DNA of 63,318 bases, counting the filler, from Octopus bimaculoides (Eukaryota), in NCBI RefSeq assembly GCF_001194135.2. It is 5 parts of 5 records of this genome, joined end to end, with 100 filler letters (N's around TTAATTAATTAA, not from the genome) between each part and the next. Parts side by side here need not be neighbours in the genome. Positions count along the whole stretch, not along the records: positions 48,158 to 53,346 come from NC_069000.1; positions 53,447 to 63,318 come from NC_068985.1; 3 more parts are not named here. One strand, written 5' to 3'. A program made the translations under genes and the position numbers. Positions 52,673-63,318 of this stretch are shown piece by piece. Numbering within the stretch: the stretch's first letter is position 1; each line of letters opens with the position of its first letter. The notes beneath the pieces are model-generated. The model was not told the DNA's origin. It saw only the letters and a list, made by a program, of their open reading frames with translations, and did no database searches.

Positions 52673-53313
52673 CATCGATCCGTACCATGATCGTGATTAC
52701 GACCATCATCATCGTCTTCGTCGTTAATATCATCGTCATCATAACCCTCCACCATCACCACCACCATATCATCATCATCATCATCATCATCATCATAATC
52801 GTCGTCGTCATCACCACCACCACCACCACCACCACCACAGCCATCATTGTCACCATAATCCATCTTTCTTTATCTCCTTTTCCAAACACCCTGGTTCTGA
52901 TTCTCTTTTATCAAAGACAAACTATTTAACGAATATCGATTTTCAAACCCCCTCCGATCTTTTTGTTTACATTGATTGCACTAATTGCTTCACTCATTAT
53001 CCGCCACAACTTTTGATAATCAACTGATATTGATCTGTGGCCCAAAGAAATTCAGAATGTATCCAGTCTATTCTTGTTTATCGCGAATCTTCCATCACTT
53101 TGATTAGAAAAAAAAGTAATTCTTTTCGTGTCGAGATAAATCTGTGGCTTTGCAGCACTAAATCTAGTAAATACGGAGAAGAGCTTTAGGTAGCAATCTG
53201 CGAAAGAGACACCCACATGCGCATAACCATCCCTCACAAGTATGCGTGCATGGACATATGTGTGTGTGAGTGTGTGCTTGCGTATGTGTGTGTATGTAAA
53301 ATATAATGTAGCG

Positions 53314-53346
<33 letters not shown>

Positions 53347-53673
53347 NNNNNNNNNNNNNNNNNNNNNNNNNNNNNNNNNNNNNNNNNNNNTTAATTAATT
53401 AANNNNNNNNNNNNNNNNNNNNNNNNNNNNNNNNNNNNNNNNNNNNAATAATACAAAGAATATATATACATGTATACACACATATATGTACATACTTACA
53501 TCTACATGTGTATATACATGCATATCAGGGTACAGGACGTTAGAACAATAAACTACAGACAACGGAACGAACACATAGGAAAACGGAAAGCCCCTTGGAA
53601 TATCCCTTCATCAGCTGTCTCTATTCTATCTAGACGTTTCGAAGACCAGACAGGACGTACTCTAGAGACAGAC

Positions 53674-53726
<53 letters not shown>

Positions 53727-53744
53727 CATACATACATACATACA

Positions 53745-53776
<32 letters not shown>

Positions 53777-54804
53777 AATGTAGAGAGAGAGAGAGTGTGA
53801 TAAAGAAAAATATAGAGACAGATTATATATATATATATACAGTGACGTTAACTTATACATTTATAAACATAAATGTTAATTTTTAATGTGTATATGTGTG
53901 TGCATGTGTGTGTGTGTTATGACGAGAGAAAGACAGGGTAGATTAAATATCAGTAATCATCGTCATCAATGCTAATGATATTGATTGTTGGTTGCTTGGC
54001 CGCGCTAATCACTCTAACTCATAAGTAATAATAAATCAATAGTTTACATCGCTAATTAATTGAGGGTTAACCGGTAATTATTGTTATTGATAAAATATAT
54101 GTATATATTTATTGGAGATATACAAATGATAACTTTTTTATTTAATTTTATTTTAAATTAATAAATATTTTTATTCTGAACATTTTTTTTGATTTTATGA
54201 TCTTGTATATAAACGGTATGATCTTAGGTGAAGTTGTGTGGGCCAGTGGTTGGGGTATTGCATTCTCTCTCACTCTCTCTCTTTCTCTCGATTGGAAATT
54301 GTGGGTTCGATTCCTGAGACAGACAGTACCTTATGCTCTCGAGCAAAACATTTTGTTTCACGTTCCACCAATTCATTCAGCTGTAAAAAAGGTTGCCCTG
54401 CAACGGGATGATGACCCGTTCAGTCAGATTGTTGAGATCGCAGTCACTTATACGTAAGGTCGTGTCTTCCACGTCCTACGGCTCCTACCCTCATAGAGCG
54501 AGACATTTTATTTCGCGTTGCTCCAGTTCATTCAGCTGGCAAAAATAAGTGGTTCCTACATTTCAAAGGGCCAGCCTTGTCACATTCTGTGTCCTGCTGA
54601 ATATCTCTGAGAACTACATTAAGGGTATGCCTGTCTGTTGAGTGCTCCACCACTTGTACGTTAATTTCACGAGGAAGCTGTTCCGTTGATCGAATCAACT
54701 GGAACCGTTGTTGTTGTAATCGACTTAGTGCCAGTTCGACCCGGCAGTCGACCCTGTGAGTTGTAGGACTCTAGATGTTACCTTTACCTTCTCTTTCTTT
54801 AGCA

Positions 54805-55445
54805 CAGAGCCAGAAATTTCGGGTGCTCAACTGGTACTTATTTTATCGATCCCGAAAAGCTGAAGGGTAAATTCGACCTCGGTGAAATTTGAACTCAGAC
54901 CATAAGCATGGACGATATGCCGATAAACAGTTTGCCCGACGTGCTAATAATTCTGCCAGGTCGCCGCCTTTATCACAGCTATAACAATACTTACCTTTAC
55001 TGTGGCGAGCTGCGAGAGTCGTTAGCACACCGATCAAAAACAATTAGCAGAATTTCGTCCGTCCTTACGCTCTACCTTCAAATTCCGCCAAGGTCGACTT
55101 TGCATTTCATCCTTTCGAGTCGATAAAATAGGTAACAGTTGAACACTGGGATCGATGTAATCGACTTGCTCCAGCTCCTAAAATTGCTTGCCTTGTGCCA
55201 AAATTTGAAACCAATATTATTATAGCTGTGTTAAAGGCGACGAGTTGGTAGAATCCTAAGCACGCTGGACAAAATGCTTATCGACGTGTTTTTGAGGTCC
55301 TTAGGTTCAAATACCACCGAGGTCGATTTTGCCTTTCATCCCTACAGGGTTGATATAATAAGTACCAGTGGAACACTGGGATCGTTGTAATTGATTTCCC
55401 CACCCTTAATGTTGTTGATATTGTACCAAAATTAGAAAGGATTAT
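54805..55445. mobile_element. Three SINE family A copies (-,+,+)
   Basis: 54805-54969(-), 55002-55221(+), 55232-55445(+). Confidence 0.8.
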
Positions 55446-55799
55446 TGTGGCTGCGTCACATGATCTGATAATATCCATAATGGGAAAATTTATTGCAGAT
55501 ATTACTCACCATACAATGAGTAACACTTCATATATTTCATAATATTGAGTTTTTGTTTTATGAATAATCGATAAGAATTATTATGGGCATCAGAATATTA
55601 AGATGCGGTATTTAGTCGCATTTCTCCACGTTCAAAGTTCAAATCCAACCGAAGTCATTTTTTTTTATTCTCCCTAAATCGTTTAAAGTTTATAGAATCG
55701 TTAAATTGACTGATATTAGTGTGCTCAATTAACTGATTATAGCTAGACTCTTCAAAGAATATTATGATTGTGTGGTTCAGAAGTTAGCTTTGCAGACAA

Positions 55800-56639
55800 A
55801 TTAAATAAATATAAGGATCTGATCTGGAAATTGAAATACAAAAGATGTGGCATCTTGAAGCAAGAACAGTTCCTGTTATTGTGGGTGTCTTAAGTATGAT
55901 AAAAAAAAAGGGGGATATCAGAAACAGCTAGATAGCATCCCAGGAGAACCATGTCTCAGAGAAATCCAATAGGCTGTGCTGAAAAGTACTGCCCACATCC
56001 TTAGAAAAAACGTTCAATTTAAATATGTATGGTATTACATGGAGATATTTCGCTACTACCACTGTCACTTTCCCCACTCCCAAGCTTTCAGTCCTACTGT
56101 AAAAATTCCTCAAAAGGGGTGCTTTTCTCTCAGGCCCAATCTAGCAATCCCACATATCCCGGTTAAGCCGACCGCCAAAGACACCTCCGGCAGGCACTTG
56201 ATTCCTTTTCAACTCCTCCGCCTTACAAGCGTATGTTCAGGTCAGGCTCATTCACAAGAGTCATCCTCGCCACAGTCACCGACCGACCGTTCAGCAAAAA
56301 TAGTGAGAAGCAGCGTTTCCATCTCCCACCCTCACTTTTCTTCTTCTTCAAGTGGAACTTGAAAAAGTTGATGACGGTTTGGCCGAAGAAATAATTATCT
56401 GTCTTCAGTTCTTTCAACCTCGTCCGCCACGCTATCTATTTCGCTATATCCACCAGTTTTTTTTTCTTCCCGGCCAAAAGAAGGCAGCGGGACGATCTAC
56501 AAGACGGACTCTGCAGATAGCCGGATCTTTTCTACAAGATTCAACAGCTGTTCGACAACTAAATAATGATAATGATGATGATGATGATGATGATGATGAC
56601 AACAACAATCACAACAACACCAACAACAATAATAATAAT

Positions 56640-56683
<44 letters not shown>

Positions 56684-57810
56684 AGAGCAATGAACAGGTA
56701 GTTATTTAGTACAAAGAATTGAATACTGCGGTTTGTGTGCAAACACGAAAGCAGCAAAAGATCCCTTTCTATTGTCAAGGAAGCTTGCAAATTCGCAAGG
56801 GAGCTTGGCATTAACCCTGAATTAGATGAAGAACGTGAAACCATTGCCACAAAACAAGCAAAACGGATCAAGAAGACTGCAAAAAAGAATGGGCAGAAAG
56901 AAACTGAGGAGCGATGGAGCCAGAAGCCACTGGATGGATGGACAGTATATGCTTCGAAATCGAAACGTTGATGTAGACCAAGCAACAAACCATCAGTAGC
57001 TGAGAAGTTCAGGACTGAAAGCAGAGATTATAGGTTTCATATTGGCGCCGCAAGATCAAACCTTGCTTACAAACATCTACCAAGCTAATTTTCTTCAAAA
57101 AGGTTCTGACACTAAATGCAGATTCTGCGACACATTTGACGAAACAATTCACCATTTCGTCTACGGATGTCCTGTGTTGACACAAATCAAATACAAAAAT
57201 CGCCACGATAGGGTAGGATAGTATTTTCATTGGTAGGTATATAAACACCTCAAAATCAGCACTCCTGCATAATGGTATGAAAGTCATCCTGAGCCAGACG
57301 TTGAAGCTAAAAACGTCACAATTCTCTGGGATTTTCCAGTCAACACTGACAGATAGAGCCAAGCTAATCGACCAGACATAATTATTAAAGACGAGGAAGA
57401 AAATACTTATAGACTAATATATGTAAGTGTGCCCACTAATAAAAATATATCTGCAAAGGAATTTGACAAATTAAGTAATTATAAGTACCAGGAAAGTGAA
57501 ATACAAAGGATATGGCATCTTAAAGCGAGAAATATTCCTGTTATTGTGGTATGATAAAAAGGGATGCCAGAAACATCTAGACAAGATCCCAGGAGAACAA
57601 TGTCTCAGAGAAATCCAAAAGATTGTATGGACAAATACTGCCCACATCCTTAGAAAAATCCTCTTCATTTAAATATCAGTGTTGTATTACATGAAGATTT
57701 TTCACTACTTCCCCTGCCACTCCCCCTCCCTAAGCTCTCGGTTATGCTGTAACATCTCTTATCCTTCACTCGCCCCAGGACGCTAGGTGTGTTTTGACAA
57801 GTGATTGGAG
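55800..57810 (+). mobile_element. R4/Dong-type LINE fragments (second subfamily)
   Basis: 55800-56090: WHLEARTVPVIVG...AHILRK. 56700-57810: APQDQ, CRFCDTFDETIHH...C, NRHDRVG, ILWDFPVNTDR, own 3' UTR, ending in (TAA)n. Confidence 0.85.
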
Positions 57811-57820
57811 CAAACATGTA

Positions 57821-57889
<69 letters not shown>

Positions 57890-59125
57890 AAAAGGCACTG
57901 GCTCTGATGGCTATTGATCTTAATTGATTCGAAGTCTTATCATGTGCATGCTTTGTTTTAGTATAAAAGATGGACTACAGCAAATATTCTGTTCAATACC
58001 ACAGATGTTTCTTATCAGTTGCTTAACCTTAACCAGTTGAGCATGTCCTTTAGTGGCTGACTATATGTGCATCTCTGATCACGAGCAGGAGTTTTGGAGG
58101 AACATCATAGCCATGTGTTGAGAGGAATTCGTTGAGATTTGGATAATTAATCTTCGGAAACATGGGTGTTTCGTTCAACATCCTTAAACAACTCTTATTC
58201 AGGGACCTCTTCAGCAAAATGGGCTGCTCGATATGAAGAAAATTCTAACTGGTCCCCACCTGGAAGATCATGCACTGTTAAACTTGATATGAGATCACTA
58301 TGTCATGCACGTATGGTTATGATGTACGTGTCTGGTATACCCTTATCAGACGGATAGTCATAATGGATATACTGGGCTTCGTATATTACGACCCCAGTGT
58401 CACTCCGATGGCTTAGGCTCTCTCACTCAATAATAATTCTATTGATAACGACGATGTAGCTATAAAGTAAAAAAATAAAATGATGACTAACAGCATGATG
58501 GTTATCATTACAATTAAAAGAGGGGGAGGAAGAGGCGGAGGAAAGTAAAGAAATACACTAACCAAGGATACAGCATATAACAGGAAAGAACAGACCGCAC
58601 GAAATCGTAAAAGGTTGTATAAGTGTATTCTAACATAATAGCTTGGATCTGTCTCTCTATCCCTTTGTCTGTAAGTTTGTGCGTGTATGTGAGCGTTTTT
58701 TTTTGCCAGTGTATGTGTGTGTGTGTCTCTGTGTATGTGCGTGTGAGTGTATGGTTATATGTGTGTCTGTAGGTGCGTGTGTGAGAGTGCGCGAGCCTGG
58801 GTGTATGTGTGTATGTATGGAAGCGTTTGTGTGTGTGTGTGCGTGCATGTGTTTGGATGTGTGTGCACGTCTGGATGATTGTCTGTAATTCGAAATGTAC
58901 GCCTGTATGTATGGGTAAATGTTTTGCGGTAGTACTTTTCTAATATCGCTGTCTTATATGTATATGATTGTTCTCTTATATGTGTGTATGTATGTATGCA
59001 TGTTTGTATGTATATAAAACCAAATATATATGTAAAGCATATGTACATTCAATCGCATACACACACCCATACACATATAGTGTACATATATTTAATTTAT
59101 ATGCAAAGAAATCCATATATATATA

Positions 59126-59185
<60 letters not shown>

Positions 59186-60625
59186 AATTCCACATTGAAC
59201 ACCAGTAAAATTCAAGCATTGTAAACTTGTATTTCGAATATTTCATATTTGATTTCACTGCAACCAAATTAAATATTTAATTTCTTTTAATCTCAATAAT
59301 CGATTACTTACGTTACTAACTGATCTACTTAATTCTTTAATTTAATTGGAAACATTCACTTTGATCTACCAACGATCAATAGTTCTTGAGTCTCTTTAAG
59401 CAGTTTTAAAATATGTAATTGTATGTGCGTATATGAAAGTGTGAATATATTTGTATACACATATATACATTAAATATACATTATATATATATATATGTAT
59501 ATATATGTATATATACATATATATACATATATATATATTGTATTATATTATATTATATATTACAAAAATGTATAAAATCATTCCGATCTATGTATGTGAT
59601 ACATAGATGTTTGTTTATAGATGTATATATGTATAAATGTATGCTGCATAAATGTGCGTTTTATATGATTATCAGATTTCTTCTTATAAAAGGAGGTCAG
59701 TTTCCTACAAAGAAACAAGGTTCCAACGCTGCTATTTGAATAACAGCAGTAAGGAGTTTATATTGCACCGTAGAGGCGTATTGCGTATGTTTACTGCTCC
59801 TCGTATGTAGTCGTTCTAGTTTAACTGGTCTCTTTCTTGGTCAGAAGCACACATCTTTTTGTTAGGTCACTCCATAGATAGTGATGGCGTGTGGGATTGT
59901 GTTTAGGATGTTGCACTCACGATTGAAGAATAGTGGTTTCCATTCCGTGATCCAGCGATGTTATGTTCTTGAGCAACATATAATTTTTTTTTTTCGTTTC
60001 CTGTTCTTCCTGTCCATTCAGCAAAAGCTGTGACATCAATCCTGCCAAGGAACGACGTCACACATACGTACTGGGGTCGATGTAATCGACTTAATCACCT
60101 TCCCCATGCTGCCCTTGTGGCAAAAAATTGAAATCATTATCATTATTATTGTTGTTGTTGTTGCTACTGTTGTTGTTATTGTTGTTGTTATTGAGAGAGC
60201 CGCGCACGCCATGAAATTGACTCTGAGGTATAAATATAAGAAGCCAAATATACTCGTCATGACTACCTAACCGATGAGGTTGCAGAAGGCACATGCATCA
60301 CAAGCATATATGCGCTGCATTGTGATCTCATATCAAGATAAATAGTGCATGATCCTGCAGGCGGTGCTCAATTAGAGTTGTTGTAATCTCAGTCTCTTAT
60401 ACGCCTTTATGAGTCCTTATGTGCCTTCATGAGTCCGAGGATATCTGACAGGCCTCCATAGATAGTAACATAATGACGTGCAGAACTAATTATGGATACA
60501 TATATAAATTTGTAAGTTATAAGAAAAAAGGTGCAGATTTCGGAAACTTCATCTTTATTAATCTTTTGTGTGAGCCATTGGACTGGGGCCATGCTGGTGC
60601 ACCGCCTTGAAAAGTGTATAATCCC

Positions 60626-60698
60626 TTTCCTGGCGGGGAATCGAGTCCCTGTTTTCCCTCCTGTTAAGCGGGGATTCGTATCACTATACTACCGAGGA
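60626..60698 (-). pseudogene. tRNA-Asp-derived pseudogene
   Basis: TCCTCGGTAGTATAGTG...ATCCCCGC-TT-AAC-AG...CTCGATTCCCCG aligns to the eukaryotic tRNA-Asp(GTC) consensus; anticodon, stems and T-loop are mutated. Confidence 0.8.
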
Positions 60699-60929
60699 CT
60701 TTAACCATTAATAGTGTTTTTATTAATGATTTTGGAAGACACGTTCATATTATCAGTGTTGTTCAATTGCATATTTGATATCATGTCACGATATTTTCCC
60801 TCTCTGAATGAAGTTTTTTTTTTAGTTATTATTACTCTTGGTTACTTGTTCATTTCCTCTTTAAATATAACGAAGACCTCACAGAATTTTCCTCCCCTAG
60901 ATATCGTGGCTATTGTAATTAATAAATTA

Positions 60930-61060
60930 TACAGGGTGTCCACAAAGTCTGGGTACATGGAGATTAACACATACTTTAAGAAATTATTATTTCTTATATT
61001 TAATTGTTTATGTTATGATTTTATTTACTCCATGTACGAAAACATTGTGGACACCCTGTA
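60930..61060. mobile_element. Tc1/mariner-type MITE, 127 bp, TA target site duplication
   Basis: TA-CAGGGTGTCCACAA..GTACATGGAG ... CTCCATGTAC..TTGTGGACACCCTG-TA. Confidence 0.88.
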
Positions 61061-61998
61061 TAATGACCTACTTTTCCAAGATTACCTTTATAAAAATCAA
61101 AAAAGCGAGCATCACCAACACCATGCATACTACACCAAAACACAACCGGAATATTTGTTACTCTAACATATACAACTGCAACCACAACTGACAATCCAAT
61201 AAACATCATAGCACCAGTTCTATTACTCTGTGTAACAACATTTTTATCTCTATTTTTTTTTTCTTTGATCACTGTCATTTCCTGTTTGCTTCTATCTAGA
61301 AATTAAAGTAAATGACTACTCTTCTCTTCAAATTTTGCTTTTGTGACCTGGACAACAACGTTTTGAAACTGACCTATATTCCATGACATTTCAGACAGAT
61401 TCAACACTGTATTGAAACAAAGATATCGTTAAAACAAATATTCTGCTCAATACCACAGATTTACTTGTCAGTTGCTTGACCTTAACCACTTCAGCATGTC
61501 CCTCAGTAGATGACAATATGTGCATCTCTGATCATGAGCAGGAGTAGTGGTGGAGCATCATAGCCATGTATTGGGAGAGATTCTTTGGGATTTGAATGCA
61601 TGTAACGAAAGCAAAGTCTGAAGGAAATTTTTCATATTGTCTAGGGGTAATCAAATAGGAAATAACAGTTGCTACCCAAGGACAAAGATTATGTTTTACA
61701 CTTTTTTTGTCAATCACAACAACAATCCCATCGATACCATCAGCACTTCAAATTGCCATACCACCATTATTTTCACCACCAACGCCATCATCAATAGCAG
61801 CTGTTCTACACACTGTGTTAACCCCACCCTGGAAACAACTACTACAACCACCAACGCTGCTGCAATTCAGAGAACCACAAGAACAACTAATATCACAACC
61901 GGTAGTTGCTATAAATGCAGCAACTGCAACTGCTGCTACTACTACTACTACTACTACTACGACTACTACTACTATTACTACTACTACTACTACTTCGG

Positions 61999-62055
<57 letters not shown>

Positions 62056-62169
62056 TTTGGGTACTTATCTAATCGCCACAATGCTTCAGCTACCACTAGT
62101 ACCACACATCAACTAATAAAATAATCATCAACAGCGACTTCTTCGGGCACGCATTTAACGTTATCAGGT

Positions 62170-62260
62170 AAGGAGTATTGCTCAAGGAGTATTGCTCAAG
62201 GAGTATTGCTCAAGGAGTATTGCTCAAGGAGTATTGCTCAAGGAGTATTGCTCAAGGAGC
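62170..62260. repeat. 14-bp perfect tandem repeat x6.5
   Basis: (aaggagtattgctc)6 + aaggagc. Confidence 0.92.
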
Positions 62261-62279
62261 TGCTTTTTAAGTCTCATGG

Positions 62280-62689
62280 TGTTATCAGCCTCGTATATGC
62301 AAACTTCATCAAGGGATGCACTTCGACACTTGGTGGTTAAAAGATATTGCAGAAGGGATCTGATACGACTTTCAAAGGCAATCTAGATTAATTTTAATGC
62401 TTGTTAGTATCTTCCGGGTTTTCACATCAATGGCTCGGTGCTTATCAAGCGTCCAATCAAGAAACTGAAATGTTGGTATGAGTGCAGTCACTGCAAACAA
62501 CATTTTCGGCCATAGTTTTATTGAATGCAGAGAATTCCGAAGTCCCTATTTACATTATTCGGTTATAATATTCTATAGTGACACGTGTTTTGTCACAGGT
62601 GCCATCGTAAGATATATTTTCATCCACCCCAAGGTACCTATAAGATTCCTCGTCAGATACAGGAGAAACAGTTATGTCATTGATGGGAT

Positions 62690-62690
<1 letters not shown>
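62280..62690 (-). mobile_element. R4/Dong-type LINE RT-downstream fragment
   Basis: SYRYLGVDEN...KTRVTIEYYNRI. Confidence 0.6.
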
Positions 62691-62728
<38 letters not shown>

Positions 62729-62729
62729 A

Positions 62730-62765
<36 letters not shown>

Positions 62766-62772
62766 TAGTAGT

Positions 62773-62845
<73 letters not shown>

Positions 62846-63073
62846 AAAACAGCACCAGCCGTAGCCCTTGTAGTTGCTGAAGTAGTAATATTAGTAGTTG
62901 TCTTAGCGGTAATGGTTATGGCTTAGCACATAGCAGTAGTAGGAATGTTACGACTTTCATCTCTAATTGAGATTTTCTAACTTCTTTGCAGTAAAATCAA
63001 TGACTGAAGGTCACTAATTTTTCTATATCTTGCGAGCTGGAGCGAATTCCTGCTATTTCTAGCAGTCGGGTGT

Positions 63074-63122
63074 TCACGACTTAAGATGAGCATAAGTAGC
63101 TCGAAACCGTTCGGTCTTGTGA
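63074..63122 (+). ncRNA. Minimal type I hammerhead ribozyme remnant (G5->U), Penelope-like
   Basis: Stem I tcacga/ttgtga; core CUUAAGA; stem II GAGC/GCUC; GAAA; stem III ACCG-tt-CGGU; GUC cleavage triplet. Confidence 0.65.
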
Positions 63123-63318
63123 TTCCTTCGTCTGCTAGTGAATGGTAGGGGTTCGCTCCCCTGCTTGCAGTATATACAGGGTGCAGATTGCTCTGGTAAC
63201 CAGCTGTGGGGTTAAACAGTTAAACAGTTAAACCGTTCGGTCTTGTGATTCCTTCGTCTGCTAGTGAATGGTAGGGGTTCGCTCCCCTGCTTGCAGTATA
63301 TACAGGGTGCAGATTGCT
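63104..63318 (+). repeat. Perfect direct repeat (>=89 bp, period 126), pseudo-LTR-like
   Basis: 63104-63192 is identical to 63230-63318 (window end). Confidence 0.9.

Noticed and set aside
52520-52860. Compound AAT->AGT->CAT->CAC trinucleotide run with long ORFs on both strands
   Set aside because: Ordinary microsatellite interconversion, seen repeatedly in this window.
53590-53672. CTGATGA and GAAACGTC on the minus strand (possible hammerhead)
   Set aside because: Stems I and II cannot be formed in any topology I tried.

Overview
This is eukaryotic genomic DNA, most likely from a coleoid cephalopod such as an octopus. That assignment is inferred from recalled SINE families and the extreme microsatellite density, not from a database search. 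Positions 2407-14030 (+) hold the last 14 coding exons of Notch: EGF26 onward, 3 LNR, HD, TM, RAM, ANK, polyQ and PEST. All introns are GT-AG, and the exon lengths sum to 4339 nt (1 + 3x1446), so the frame closes on the TAA at 14028-14030. No other host protein-coding gene is supported. The rest of the window is SINEs, R4/Dong-type and RTE LINE remnants, mariner/Tc1 elements (DD35E and DD37E), a MITE, a Helentron-type HINE, a tRNA-Asp pseudogene, a Penelope-type hammerhead ribozyme remnant, microsatellites, N gaps and four artificial 100-bp scaffold joins. The top observation is a ~10-unit degenerate repeat 2.7 kb after the Notch stop codon (16695-17037). It carries 9 miR-124 seed matches, several with 3'-supplementary pairing, and overlaps 4 perfect CArG boxes.
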